64,000 nt of DNA from Gammaproteobacteria bacterium (GCA_014075255.1 CP046178.1:705616-769615); one strand, 5' to 3'. Counted from the first letter of the stretch, positions 37,673 through 48,449 are shown. The notes: a model not told the origin generated them from the letters alone. Translations and numbers: made by a program.

Positions 37673-38577
37673 TCCTCATCTACTAGAAGCTTGCGCGCAT
37701 CACTGAGTTTTCCCCGCTCTTCATCTCCTAAATTAGGATATTTAAGCTCTAAGCTTTCTAAAGATTTCTTTACTATTTTTGCAACGGTGTATCGCATGTA
37801 AGGTTTATCATCAGCCGGAATGGCATACCAAGGTGCCCATGGCTTTGATGTTGCATTTAACGCATCTTCGTAAGCGCGCATATACTCATCCCAATGCCCA
37901 CGTTCTCTTAAATCAGACGATGACCACTTCCACTGTTTTTCTTGTGTATCAATTCTACTTATAAAACGGTTCTTTTGTTCTTCTTTTGACACATTAAGCC
38001 AAAATTTCAAAATAATCGTACCGTTTCTAGCCAAATGTTTTTCCATATCTTGTATAGATTCAAAACGCTCTTGCCAAATGTTCTTTTGATCAATCTCATC
38101 CGGGAGATTTTGGAAGTTAAGAATCTCAGGATGAACTCGTACGACCAAGACTTCTTCATAGTAGCTGCGATTAAATATCCCAATTCGACCGCGTTCAGGT
38201 AAGTTTTTATTCGTTCGCCATAGAAAATCATGATCAAGTTCCGAAGCAGAAGGTTTTTTAAATGAGAATACTTGGCAACCTGCAGGATTGATTCCCGACA
38301 TTACGGCACGGATGGTTGAATCCTTACCTGCAGCATCCATTGCTTGGAAAATTAGCAATACTGAATGCTTGTCAAAGGCATATAGTATTTTCTGCAGGTC
38401 TTGTAGATCATTAACTACTTTACCTAATTTTTTTTTATAATCTTTATTATCATCAAAAGATGATGAAGATTTTGTAGAAGCGGAAGCTAAAGAAAAGCTG
38501 CCATCTGACGGCACTAAAAACTCTGATTGAATCGCTTTGAACATATAATCGTAAAAGTAGTAAATGTTAGTAGACAT
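37669..38577 (-). CDS. ppk2: Polyphosphate kinase 2 family protein (start possibly 38544)
   Basis: FQAMDAAGKDS, FNRSYYE, PWYAIPADDK. Confidence 0.92.
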   Translation of the reverse strand: MSTNIYYFYDYMFKAIQSEFLVPSDGSFSLASASTKSSSSFDDNKDYKKKLGKVVNDLQDLQKILYAFDKHSVLLIFQAMDAAGKDSTIRAVMSGINPAGCQVFSFKKPSASELDHDFLWRTNKNLPERGRIGIFNRSYYEEVLVVRVHPEILNFQNLPDEIDQKNIWQERFESIQDMEKHLARNGTIILKFWLNVSKEEQKNRFISRIDTQEKQWKWSSSDLRERGHWDEYMRAYEDALNATSKPWAPWYAIPADDKPYMRYTVAKIVKKSLESLELKYPNLGDEERGKLSDARKLLVDED

Positions 38578-38612
38578 AAAAAAGCCCCTTAGTGCTGCAC
38601 TAAGGGGCTTTA
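38578..38612. terminator. Rho-independent terminator
   Basis: AAAGCCCCTTAGTGC-T-GCACTAAGGGGCTTT downstream of 38629-40116. Confidence 0.8.
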
Positions 38613-38628
38613 ATTATACAGCTTTTAA

Positions 38629-40116
38629 TTAAAGCTTTATGCCAAGCTTGGATAATGTTTGCATTGTCAAACCACCGCGCGGCAGTCCATTAGCTCTTTG
38701 GAAAGCATCTACTGCAACCATAGTTTGGTTACCAATCACGCCATCAATCGTGCCTGGATTATGACCTGCCTTTTTTAAAGCACGTTGAATATCAGTAATG
38801 GTTGTACCTGTCATATTGGTTTCACACAATACCGGTCTCCACTGCATGGATTCTTCAGTTACTTTAACTTTCTTTGAAACTACTTGCGTTTTGGCAGGAA
38901 TTTCAATTTTCTTTTCAATGGCTGCAGAAGCTAATTTACGCTTCTTAATGACTTTATATTCAGCTGGCACTTCTACCACTTTAGTAGCGGCAGCTGTTTT
39001 CACTTTCTTCTGTTTAACTGTTTTATATACTGCTGCAATTTCTTTGAGGCACAAACTCGAGCCTGTTGCCTTACCATTACCGCCAGCACTACTACCCTTT
39101 AGGGCCCACATAACTTTTTCATCAGCAGTCTTAACACGCTTAGTTACGGTTTCATAAGTAGCAGGAATTTCGATTTTCTTTTCTTTTGAAGGTGTGACTA
39201 ATTTACGAACCTTCTCTACTTTATACTCAGCGGGAATTTCTACTTTTTTAGTTGAAGATGGGCTTTTGAGTACGCGCTTACTTACTGTGTTGTAAACTGC
39301 AGGAACCTCTACTAAACACATAATTTCGCCAGTACTTCCGTCTAATCTTTCAACCGGGCCTCGCCCTTTCTTCCATTCTGTAGTGGCGGGTTGTACTAAA
39401 ACTTTTTCTGTAACCGTTTCATACATTGCTGGAATTTCAATAAGTTTTGCAGAAGCTTCTTTGACTAAAACCTTCTCTGTAGACCACTCATATTTAGCAG
39501 GAATAATTTCAATTTTCGCGGAGGCTTCAGATTTTAATACTTTCTGGGTTTCTGTTTTATACTGCGAAGGAATGCTATATTCAGCATAACAGCCTCCTAC
39601 TTTCGCATCCGTAAGATTCAAGCCATTTGCAACAGCACCTGACAATGACGATGCATTTGCACGACTTGCTTTAGATCCCGCTCCACGTGTCCATATTTTT
39701 TCAGATGGAGTAACCAATACTTTTTCGCTTACAGACTCATAAGTAGCCGGCACTGGAATTAACTTTTTTGAAGCTTCTTTCACTAAAACTTTTTCTTCTG
39801 CCCATTCATATTTTGCAGGAATAATTTCAATTTTAGATGATGCTTCTTTAACGGTTACAGTTTGTGATTCAGTTTTATATGCTGCAGGAATAATTACTTT
39901 TGCATAACACTCGCCTGCTTTTGCATTGGGTAGAGCAGATGAAGCATCAGTAGTTACGTTCTTAACAGCGGATACGGCAGCGCTTCCAGCTTTTTTCGCC
40001 ATTTCACCCGCTTCTTTCATAGCGTGGTTATCTGCAAAAATCGTATGCGTGCTCGTCAGCATAGCGATAGATGCAACTGTAGTGAAAATTCTCTTAATTT
40101 TCATCGACTTCTCCAA
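38629..40116 (-). CDS. Secreted repeat protein with C-terminal peptidoglycan-binding domain
   Basis: Signal peptide; about 12 (V/I)PAxY repeats; IQRALKKAGHNPGTIDGVIG..T..AV.AFQ. Confidence 0.85.
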   Translation of the reverse strand: MEKSMKIKRIFTTVASIAMLTSTHTIFADNHAMKEAGEMAKKAGSAAVSAVKNVTTDASSALPNAKAGECYAKVIIPAAYKTESQTVTVKEASSKIEIIPAKYEWAEEKVLVKEASKKLIPVPATYESVSEKVLVTPSEKIWTRGAGSKASRANASSLSGAVANGLNLTDAKVGGCYAEYSIPSQYKTETQKVLKSEASAKIEIIPAKYEWSTEKVLVKEASAKLIEIPAMYETVTEKVLVQPATTEWKKGRGPVERLDGSTGEIMCLVEVPAVYNTVSKRVLKSPSSTKKVEIPAEYKVEKVRKLVTPSKEKKIEIPATYETVTKRVKTADEKVMWALKGSSAGGNGKATGSSLCLKEIAAVYKTVKQKKVKTAAATKVVEVPAEYKVIKKRKLASAAIEKKIEIPAKTQVVSKKVKVTEESMQWRPVLCETNMTGTTITDIQRALKKAGHNPGTIDGVIGNQTMVAVDAFQRANGLPRGGLTMQTLSKLGIKL

Positions 40117-40277
40117 TAAAGTTAATTAGATTGATTATGAATAAATAGTCTGATTTATTTAAGTGTATTGCAGACTAAGCTCCTCTAAGATTTTCGCATT
40201 ATACGACAACCGTTTTCGAACCAAAAGTATAACTCACATATGCATATGTACTAATTTGTATGTGAAATTCCTAATAA

Positions 40278-41117
40278 TTATGAACCGCAATATTTTTCTC
40301 TAACTTCTAGAGCCTCTGGCATCCATCCATTAAGTAATCTAATGCGCGTTTCATGACTAGGGTGAGTCGACATAAATTCCGAAGGCTGCCCTTTACTATG
40401 TTCAGCCATCCTTTCCCATATCTTAGGCGCCTCGCGTGGATCAAAACATGCTCTAGCCAAATAAATAAGCCCCATATAGTCTGCTTCTGATTCATGCTTT
40501 CTAGAAAATGGTAGTAATACTCCATACTGAGCCCCCATCCCCAAGGCACCCATAACCATTCTCTGAGTACCCACATCCATAGAGCCAAGAGCCATTCCCG
40601 CCGCCATACTTCCATATTGAACAAGCTTTTGATGCGCCATTCGTTCAGCCCCATGCCTAGCAATAGCATGCGCGATCTCGTGACCCATTACTGCACTAAG
40701 CCCATTTACGTTTTCTACAATCGGAAGTATTCCTGTGTAGACTGCAACTTTACCGCCAGGTAAAGCGAATGCATTTGCTTGGCCTTCATCAATGACATTA
40801 AATTCCCATTCAAATCCTGGATCCTCATCAATTACTTTCGCAAGGCGGTAACCAATCTCACGCACAAGATCTACAGCTTGTCCGGATCGTAAGACATTCG
40901 CTTGCGACAATAATTGTTGATAGCTCTGCAAACCTAATGCCATTTCTTGTTGTTGAGAAATATCTATAAGCTGCGAACGTCCCGTCATAGCAACTTCTTC
41001 TTGATTGCTAAAATAGTAATACGCTAGATACAAACCAAATAAAACAATCGGCAGTAAACGCAGAGCGCCGCCTCGACGGCTACCACCACGTCCATACCGA
41101 TATGCGCTTCTTCTCAT
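40278..41117 (-). CDS. M48 family metallopeptidase (Oma1/LoiP-like)
   Basis: NAFALPGGK, GHEIAH, FSRKHESEAD, STHP. Confidence 0.92.
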   Translation of the reverse strand: MRRSAYRYGRGGSRRGGALRLLPIVLFGLYLAYYYFSNQEEVAMTGRSQLIDISQQQEMALGLQSYQQLLSQANVLRSGQAVDLVREIGYRLAKVIDEDPGFEWEFNVIDEGQANAFALPGGKVAVYTGILPIVENVNGLSAVMGHEIAHAIARHGAERMAHQKLVQYGSMAAGMALGSMDVGTQRMVMGALGMGAQYGVLLPFSRKHESEADYMGLIYLARACFDPREAPKIWERMAEHSKGQPSEFMSTHPSHETRIRLLNGWMPEALEVREKYCGS

Positions 41118-41150
41118 ATGGAGATTATTATAGTTCGTGTAAATAAATGT

Positions 41151-41720
41151 TTATTGAACTAACGCTTTTGCACCTATTCGTAAAACATCATCCATAATTG
41201 AGCCATCACCGCCGACATCTAAAAATCCACTGAGCAGATCCATCATTCCGCTATTTGGCCGTGCGGCCTGTTGTGGGCGAAGTAAACCATCCGATGATGC
41301 GCGTTTATTCATAGCGCCCATCACAACCGTTGCAATCACTGGCAATAATTTTTTAATTAACGCTGAATCAATTCCTGTATTAGAGGCTGCGTGCCCCGCG
41401 AGACTTCGACTAGCGTCTTTATTTCCTAAGATATGCCCTAAAATTCCGTTACCATCTAAAAGTGTATTTTTGTTGCTCAATGAGTCAGGTTGATCATAGT
41501 ATCGATCATGCCTGCCAGAGGTTAGTGCTCCCATTAATCCATCAAGCCCATTTTGTGTCGCTGCACCATTTTTTATTCCACCGGCAAGTACAGGCAAAAC
41601 CTGACCCAATAATTGTTGCATTTGGTTAGGTTTTAATCCCGACATGGAGGTTAAAGTATCCAGAGGGCCACCTTTTTGTGATTGCAAAAGCATTTCGAGT
41701 ACATTCATAAATTCACCCAC
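41151..41720 (-). CDS. DUF937 family protein
   Basis: DGNGILGHILG; KKLLP..A..VMG. Confidence 0.8.
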   Translation of the reverse strand: MGEFMNVLEMLLQSQKGGPLDTLTSMSGLKPNQMQQLLGQVLPVLAGGIKNGAATQNGLDGLMGALTSGRHDRYYDQPDSLSNKNTLLDGNGILGHILGNKDASRSLAGHAASNTGIDSALIKKLLPVIATVVMGAMNKRASSDGLLRPQQAARPNSGMMDLLSGFLDVGGDGSIMDDVLRIGAKALVQ

Positions 41721-41792
41721 ATATTTTTAATGTCACACTTGTCTAAGACATCTTGTTTATATCAATAATATTTAAGTATTACACATATAAGA

Positions 41793-42977
41793 TTATGAAT
41801 TTTTGTAAATTTTTAAAACATGTTTTGCTATCATCAGTGCTTCATTGGTGGGGATTACAGAGATTTCCACAGAACTTTCCGGGTTACTTATTGTAGCTTG
41901 GCCACGCTCATTAGCCTGTTGATCCAGTGCTATCCCAAGCCATTTAGCTAACATACATATTTTTTCACGAATAACTGGCGAGTTTTCTCCAATCCCTGCT
42001 GTAAATACAATTTGATCTACACCACCCAACTCAGCTACTAAGGCTCCGATGTGTCGATTCACCTGATAACAAAATAATTCAACTGCTTGCACAGATGCGT
42101 GAAGACTAGAAGCTAGTAATGTACGCATGTTGTTACTTTCATTTGACACTCCTCGCAAGCCAGATTCTTTATAAAGTAAATCTGAAATATCTTCAGCGCT
42201 CATTGAATAATGACTCATTAAATGTAATACAACTCCAGGATCTAGGTCACCACAGCGCGTACCCATTACTAAACCATCCAATGGTGTAAAACTCATTGTC
42301 GTAGCGATAGATTTTTTATTTGCAACCGCACACAAACTGGCGCCATTGCCTAAATGAGCAATAATAATTTTCTTGCCGTCGATGATTTGCTGCTTATTAA
42401 TACGTTCGACAATATATTCATATGACAAGCCGTGAAAGCCATACCGCCTAATTCCATCGTCATAATATTGTTTTGGCAACGCAAAACGTTTTGCCACACC
42501 TGGCATAGATTGATGGAATGCCGTGTCAAAACAAGCAATTTGCAGTAAATCAGGATATAAATTTTTAACAATTTCTACTGGTGCTAAATTATGCTGCTGA
42601 TGCAAGGGTGCTAGTGGCTGATAACTATGCAGATCTTCATTAACCTCATCGGTAATTAATACTGGCTTAGAATATTTCGGTCCGCCATGAACAATTCTAT
42701 GCCCTACTGCCACCAGTTTTATATTAACTTGCTGTGACAACCAATCAAGAAAAAATTCAATCGCAACTTTATGGTTTGGTAGATCGACGGTAATTTCGGA
42801 CAGCTTTTTATCAATCAACAAATTATTATTTGCATCATAAATATTAATTTGTGCCTCTTCATGAAAAAGCCTAACTGCACGAGCATTGATTATGCGAGTT
42901 AATTTATTTTTTTCTCTATCGAAGACTGAAAGTTTAACGCTAGAGGAACCAGCGTTAATAACTAGAACATTTTCCAT
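41793..42977 (-). CDS. ackA: Acetate kinase
   Basis: INAGSSSVK, GHRIVHGG, FDTAFH, RRYGFHGLS, HLGNG, MGTRCGD. Confidence 0.95.
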   Translation of the reverse strand: MENVLVINAGSSSVKLSVFDREKNKLTRIINARAVRLFHEEAQINIYDANNNLLIDKKLSEITVDLPNHKVAIEFFLDWLSQQVNIKLVAVGHRIVHGGPKYSKPVLITDEVNEDLHSYQPLAPLHQQHNLAPVEIVKNLYPDLLQIACFDTAFHQSMPGVAKRFALPKQYYDDGIRRYGFHGLSYEYIVERINKQQIIDGKKIIIAHLGNGASLCAVANKKSIATTMSFTPLDGLVMGTRCGDLDPGVVLHLMSHYSMSAEDISDLLYKESGLRGVSNESNNMRTLLASSLHASVQAVELFCYQVNRHIGALVAELGGVDQIVFTAGIGENSPVIREKICMLAKWLGIALDQQANERGQATISNPESSVEISVIPTNEALMIAKHVLKIYKNS

Positions 42978-42985
42978 CCTTTATC

Positions 42986-43909
42986 TTACAACTTTGAATT
43001 ATGAACCATTATCACTGCGAGTGCGCATGCAGCCAATCGACTCACTGCATCATCCGCACGACTAGGAAGCACCACGGGAACTTTTGCGCCTAATACAATT
43101 CCTGCTCCTTCTGCGTTAGCTAAGTATTCAAGCTGTTTGGCTAGCATATTACCGGCCTCGATATCTGGTACGACCAATACTTCAGCTTTACCCGCAACAT
43201 CAGACTTTATACCTTTAATCTTTACCGACTCTTCAGAGACAGCATTATCAAATGCTAATGGCCCATCTAATAAGCCACCTTTTATTTGACCACGATCAGC
43301 CATTTTGCATAAGGCTGCAGCATGCAAAGTGGATTCTATTTTAGAAGTGACCGTTTCTACCGCTGATAAAATTGCAACACGAGGAACTTTTATATCGAGC
43401 AAAATTGCTAGATCGATCACATTGCGAATAATGTCAGCCTTGGTTTCTAAATCAGGTTCTATATTTATGGCAGCATCGGTAATAAAAAGTGGTCTTGGAT
43501 AAGTCGGCACATCAAATGCAAATACATGACTCATTCTGCGACCTGTGCGTAATCCTCCTTCTCGACTCACTACAGCTCCCATAAGTTCATCGGTATGAAT
43601 TTTACCTTTCATAATTGCAGATACGGAACATCCTTTTGCCATATCAACAGCAATCTTTGCAGAGTCATGACTATGTTCTGTGGCAACTAACTCGTATGCA
43701 CTAATATCCAACTTTGCTTCTGTAGCAGCTTTTTTAATACGCTGTTCAGGACCTATAAGAATTGGGTTTATTAAGCCTTCTTTTGCAGCTTCGACTGCAC
43801 CTAACAATGAAGTTTTACCGACTGGATGAACCACTGCAGTATTTAAAGCGGGCATTTTGGACACTGCTTTAAGTAATCGTTCTAAGTGTGGCCGTGCTGG
43901 AGTTTGCAT
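42986..43909 (-). CDS. Phosphate acetyl/butyryltransferase
   Basis: MKGKIHT, TDAAINI.P, DGPLAFDNA, PDIEAGNML.K. Confidence 0.9.
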   Translation of the reverse strand: MQTPARPHLERLLKAVSKMPALNTAVVHPVGKTSLLGAVEAAKEGLINPILIGPEQRIKKAATEAKLDISAYELVATEHSHDSAKIAVDMAKGCSVSAIMKGKIHTDELMGAVVSREGGLRTGRRMSHVFAFDVPTYPRPLFITDAAINIEPDLETKADIIRNVIDLAILLDIKVPRVAILSAVETVTSKIESTLHAAALCKMADRGQIKGGLLDGPLAFDNAVSEESVKIKGIKSDVAGKAEVLVVPDIEAGNMLAKQLEYLANAEGAGIVLGAKVPVVLPSRADDAVSRLAACALAVIMVHNSKL

Positions 43910-44047
43910 AATATTTAACCTGAAATTTAAGGCGAATTAAGAAAGTTATCGAAAAGATGAAATATTCAAGCAGATTACAATTATTTAACAACTAAGGTAA
44001 GCTTGAAATTCTCAAATACGAATACAAATAATATCAGGAGAGCACCA

Positions 44048-44248
44048 ATGAGCGTTGCAAAAATTTCAGAAATTAGTTCTTCATCCACCAAAAGCTATGA
44101 AGATGCTATAGAAACAGGCATTGCCCGCGCTAATAAAACCCTAAACGGCATTAAAAGCGCGTGGGTTAAGGATCATCAAGTATCGGTAAAAGGTGGCAAA
44201 GTCACAGAACATAGAGTCGTGCTTAAGATCACCTTTGTTCTTGATTAA
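44048..44248 (+). CDS. Dodecin family protein
   Basis: MSVAKISEI...S..S.EDA...G...A.KTL..I..AWVK; AGGAG Shine-Dalgarno. Confidence 0.9.
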   Translation: MSVAKISEISSSSTKSYEDAIETGIARANKTLNGIKSAWVKDHQVSVKGGKVTEHRVVLKITFVLD

Positions 44249-44255
44249 CTTAATA

Positions 44256-44287
44256 CTTGGCTGTAGACATGAAAATCTACAGCCAAG
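44256..44287. terminator. Hairpin after dodecin
   Basis: CTTGGCTGTAGA...TCTACAGCCAAG. Confidence 0.6.
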
Positions 44288-44311
44288 CATTAAAGAGGCG
44301 AGGGAATTTTT

Positions 44312-44554
44312 ATGAAAAGCGTTATTGTTGTAATTCTTGGTTTACTTTCTCTTATATATATCATGAATCCTACTGCCGGATTCATTGAAATCATTCCTGA
44401 CAACTTCCCTATAATTGGAAATCTAGATGAAGCAGCTGCTACTGCATTATTATTAAGTTGCTTGAGCTATTTCGGTATCGATCTGTTCAATCTTTTCAGA
44501 AAAGACAAGAAAAAAAACAGCGTGATCGAAAACGAAGAAATCACTAAGCAGTAG
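44312..44554 (+). CDS. DUF1232 family small membrane protein
   Basis: Y..NP....E.IPD.FP.IGNLDE. Confidence 0.8.
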   Translation: MKSVIVVILGLLSLIYIMNPTAGFIEIIPDNFPIIGNLDEAAATALLLSCLSYFGIDLFNLFRKDKKKNSVIENEEITKQ

Positions 44555-44656
44555 AATCTCCATTTGCTTCTTTTACGCTACGGCATGATTGTAGCGACTA
44601 TCACAAAAAGAAGTGTTTAATAATACTGAAGATTAATTAAGCTCAGCTAAGAACTA

Positions 44657-45103
44657 CTACCCTTCATTACGTTGAATTTCATTGAATCGTTTATCGATCC
44701 ATTGTTTTAATCTTTGAATACGCTGCTCAGTCGCCCCTCTACCATCAGTATCACTTAAGTTTTCACGTATATGTAGTATGAGTTCTTCATATTTTCCAGA
44801 TTGTTCTCGATAATATTCAACATTGGCTTTACATTTTTGAAGCTCTTTCTTAAGTGAAGCGAAAGTCATTTCACCATGTTGTTTGGCAGCGCCATTTTCA
44901 AACGACTGCTCTTTTATCTTCTCTACCAAAGAAAGCATATCTGCCTGCTCTGCTTGAACCTGGGGGTAACAATCTATTAGATCATCAATATGAATTTTGC
45001 CGCGCGTAGACGCAAGTTGATTGTTGTTGATTTTTTCTTGAATTTCTTTTGCTTGAACCTTTGCTAGCGATGCAGCTTTAGAAACTGAAATAAATTGCGA
45101 CAT
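44657..45103 (-). CDS. Hypothetical protein (HTH-like N-terminus + coiled coil)
   Basis: ISVSKAA.L..V...EIQ.KI..G; C-terminal coiled coil. Confidence 0.6.
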   Translation of the reverse strand: MSQFISVSKAASLAKVQAKEIQEKINNNQLASTRGKIHIDDLIDCYPQVQAEQADMLSLVEKIKEQSFENGAAKQHGEMTFASLKKELQKCKANVEYYREQSGKYEELILHIRENLSDTDGRGATEQRIQRLKQWIDKRFNEIQRNEG

Positions 45104-45143
45104 TAAAAGTTATGCCTTACTTAATGTGCTTACCAAAGTATTA

Positions 45144-46262
45144 TTATCGAATAGGCGTGTAACCGCCGGCAATTCCCTCTTTACTGAGAACAAATTGCCA
45201 GAGCTGCAGGTTTCTTGCGCGAAATGCGCCTGCACAGCATAGCAAGTAATACTTCCACATTTTATAATGTTGCTCGTCATATTTTTTACTTAAATGCTTC
45301 CAGCCATTCTCAAAATTATCGAACCACGCCATTAATGTTTTATCGTAATCAGGACCAAAACTATGATAGTCCTCTATGATAAATTCATCATCAATTGCCA
45401 TAGTAATATCTTTCATAGAGGGAAGCACGCCATTAGGAAATATATATTTATTAAACCAAGGGTCTGGACTATGACGCGTAAAATTCGAACCAATTGTGTG
45501 CAATAGAAAAAGCCCATCATCCTTTAAACAACGTGAAGCTACTTTCATATAGGCTTTATGATTTTTCGGGCCTACATGCTCAAACATTCCAAGTGAAACC
45601 ACATGATCAAACTTTTCGTTTAGTTCACGATAGTCTTGCACACGCACATCAACAGATAATCCAGCACAATCATTCTTGGCATATTCAGCTTGTTCTTTTG
45701 ACACCGTGACACCAACTGCATGCGCACCATATCGCTCTGCAGCAAACTTTATAAAGCTCCCCCAACCACAACCAATATCTAATACACGTTGGTTTTCTTG
45801 TAAACCAATTTTACGACAAACAAGATCTAATTTATTTTCTTGAGCCTGATCAAGATTTGCCGCATCTTTCCAATAACCGCAAGTGTAGGTAAGGCGCTTA
45901 TCAAGCATACACTCGAAAAGATCATTCCCCATATCATAATGTTGCTCGCCAACACGAAAGGCACGACGAATATTTTGCAGATTAAAAAACTTTGCTTGTA
46001 AAACAGCCCATATATAAGAACGGCCCTTAACTCTTCGTTCTAAATCAGTACTTAAAAGTTTATCGAAAAATTGATCAAGAGTAGCGACATCCCACCACCC
46101 TTCCATATAAGATTCTCCTAAACCCAAAGAGCCTTGCGCCAATATGCGTTGAAAAAATCTACCGTCATGAACTTGTATGTCCCAAGACCTATCACCACCG
46201 ATGTGAACATCAACATCGGCTAATAGTTTATTTACGCGCACCTCGAACTTATCCAAACCCAT
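45144..46262 (-). CDS. cfa: Cyclopropane-fatty-acyl-phospholipid synthase
   Basis: LGESYMEGWW, HYDMGN, LDIGCGWG, GMFEHVG, YLLCCAGAFRAR. Confidence 0.95.
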   Translation of the reverse strand: MGLDKFEVRVNKLLADVDVHIGGDRSWDIQVHDGRFFQRILAQGSLGLGESYMEGWWDVATLDQFFDKLLSTDLERRVKGRSYIWAVLQAKFFNLQNIRRAFRVGEQHYDMGNDLFECMLDKRLTYTCGYWKDAANLDQAQENKLDLVCRKIGLQENQRVLDIGCGWGSFIKFAAERYGAHAVGVTVSKEQAEYAKNDCAGLSVDVRVQDYRELNEKFDHVVSLGMFEHVGPKNHKAYMKVASRCLKDDGLFLLHTIGSNFTRHSPDPWFNKYIFPNGVLPSMKDITMAIDDEFIIEDYHSFGPDYDKTLMAWFDNFENGWKHLSKKYDEQHYKMWKYYLLCCAGAFRARNLQLWQFVLSKEGIAGGYTPIR

Positions 46263-46588
46263 ATTCCCACTATAAATTTGTAGTTATTTAACAGAGAAAC
46301 TTACTTTTTATTTTTGATGCTTCCGCATACAATTGAAATATAATAAAAATAAAAACCCATAACAAGAAAAGATAAGCCCATGTTGCTATCTATCAATCTA
46401 ATATTTGCATTTTTAGTGCTGTTGATTGGTGTTTTGATGCTTTTAATCAGACATTAAATCAAGATTCAGATAAATTTAGTTGTCTGTTATATGCAATTTT
46501 TAATGAGAACAATTGTGTACAGCTGACACAGCAGTTGTTGTGGCTAAAACAACAATAGAAAAAGGGTTTTAAGGCTAAGGATAATATT

Positions 46589-47134
46589 TTAGCTGCAGAG
46601 GAATCTGATACAAGCATCATCATCACGATCAATCGGTGCACCTAAACTTAATACACCGTCTCCGTATAAATATGCTTTTTGCCCTTGAATACGAATTTTG
46701 CCTAGATCATCCGCCTCAATGAAGGTGCCATTGAGACTATTATCTTGTAGAACAAATTCGCCATTCTCATAGCTGATAATTGCATGATGTTTAGAAACAA
46801 AACTATTTACGACACGCAAATCGCATTGATGTGAACGCCCTAAAGTAAATTGCTTTAAACGAGTATCAAAATAGTAGCGCTGCCCGGCAAATTTCAGGTT
46901 AAGCGTGCTGGTATTACGAATAGGCTGATTTTCTTGCCAAATGAGTTTCAAATTAATTTTTCGGCGATCGGATATGCGCCGTCTATCCTTGCGCACAATA
47001 TTAAAATCGCTATCTAATAGCGGAAACTGTATAGACGTCGCATCGACACGACGATCTCTCTCACGATGAACGTATACCTTTGACTCTGCTTGTACGCTTT
47101 CCATTGAACTATTACTTTGCATTCTCAATCTCAA
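46589..47134 (-). CDS. FHA domain protein
   Basis: LGRS..CDL, VSKHHA, D.SLNGTF. Confidence 0.85.
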   Translation of the reverse strand: MRLRMQSNSSMESVQAESKVYVHRERDRRVDATSIQFPLLDSDFNIVRKDRRRISDRRKINLKLIWQENQPIRNTSTLNLKFAGQRYYFDTRLKQFTLGRSHQCDLRVVNSFVSKHHAIISYENGEFVLQDNSLNGTFIEADDLGKIRIQGQKAYLYGDGVLSLGAPIDRDDDACIRFLCS

Positions 47135-47257
47135 TCACATTAGTATAAGCATGGAATAGCGTCTAAAAAGTGAACTAGATCAACCTGCCCAGCAAATTAT
47201 TTCGAAATAAAAAACTATATATTCCCTATATTATTCATGGATTTAGGATAATTATAT

Positions 47258-47575
47258 CTAGTGATTTGCAGACTGCTCTGCCCGATATTTGTGAGTAAAA
47301 CCAAACCCAATGCCTTCATTTGATAGATGCACCACAACTGCCCACACGCGGATCAGTTTAATTGCGTTGGCTTCAGAGACTGAAAACACGAGTTGCACTC
47401 TTCTACCCACGTAAGCATGTTCTGGCACAGAATCTAGAAATGCACCTCGAGTACTCAAATTTGTTGGGCGGCAACGCGTTAAATTCAATTGCGGGCAATA
47501 TAAACGCAAATTTGTAGGAGAGGTTTTACGCCTTGCTATGCGTCTCTCATCCTTAGTAGCAGCACTTTGGTTCAT
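47258..47575 (-). CDS. PilZ domain protein
   Basis: ERRIARR (RxxxR) and NLSTRG (N/DxSxxG) motifs, GIGFGF. Confidence 0.8.
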   Translation of the reverse strand: MNQSAATKDERRIARRKTSPTNLRLYCPQLNLTRCRPTNLSTRGAFLDSVPEHAYVGRRVQLVFSVSEANAIKLIRVWAVVVHLSNEGIGFGFTHKYRAEQSANH

Positions 47576-48040
47576 CGATCCCTCTTTGAGTTAATTATTA
47601 TTATTGTAGTTGGATAGTAGTAAAGGTATATAACTTACTAAAATATAATAAACCCTTGTTTAACAAGGTCTTATACTGTTAATTAAAAACAGTCTAGCGC
47701 AACTTGAAGCGGGTTTATAGTTCAATTTGTTAATAAATCAGGCTCATATTGACAGAAATTAATATCCTCAACTCTCTAAAATTAAGCTTAAAGCCTCAAT
47801 AATTAGAAATATATTGAGGCTAAATCATTAGCTTTGGACAATGAATATTTGCAAATCGAGCGATCTAGCAATAATAGACTTGGTAAGTGTAACGTTTTTA
47901 CTTACAATATCGCCGTTCTGTCATAACACTAGATAAGTTATTATCTAGTGCATCCACCTGGGAAGTTGGGTGGTACGTGACAAACACAAAAATTAATCAA
48001 TCGTACGATTATCAATTAAAATAACTTCGGAGTTATAATT

Positions 48041-48340
48041 ATGCTAACTAAGAAACTTCTAATCCCTGCAGCCTTTGCTATGGCGGCAACATTCACCACA
48101 GGGTGTCAGCAAACTACTATGGCTGAACCAGCTATGGAAGCTGAAGCAGACCCTATCGCAGAAGTGCGTGAAATTGCTAATGAAGCTTTGCGTACAGCGA
48201 ATACAGCTGCACATGACGCTGCTACTGCAAAAGATATGGCTCTAGCGGCTCAAGACGCTGCTGCTGCTGCTCAAGCTTGTTGTGACGCGAATTCACGTCG
48301 CATGAGCCGTATGTTTGACGGTTCTATGAGCTCTAAGTAG
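48041..48340 (+). CDS. Lpp/OprI-type alanine-zipper outer-membrane lipoprotein
   Basis: Lipobox TTGC, Ala zipper, AN.R..RMF..S..K with terminal Lys. Confidence 0.8.
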   Translation: MLTKKLLIPAAFAMAATFTTGCQQTTMAEPAMEAEADPIAEVREIANEALRTANTAAHDAATAKDMALAAQDAAAAAQACCDANSRRMSRMFDGSMSSK

Positions 48341-48376
48341 TTCTAGTAAGATTTATCTTCACTTTTGAAGATAAGC

Positions 48377-48403
48377 AAAAAGGCCCGTATACGGGCCTTT
48401 TTT
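48377..48403. terminator. Bidirectional rho-independent terminator
   Basis: AAAAAGGCCCGTATACGGGCCTTTTTT between convergent genes. Confidence 0.88.
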
Positions 48404-48449
48404 GTGCATGTCTAAGTAGCTTGTTCTGATTAACAAATAGTAATTAGAT

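Noticed and set aside
38800-39900. Periodic DNA repeats suggesting a CRISPR or other array
   Set aside because: The repeats are degenerate at third codon positions and in frame, so they reflect protein repeats. There are no unique spacers and no cas genes.
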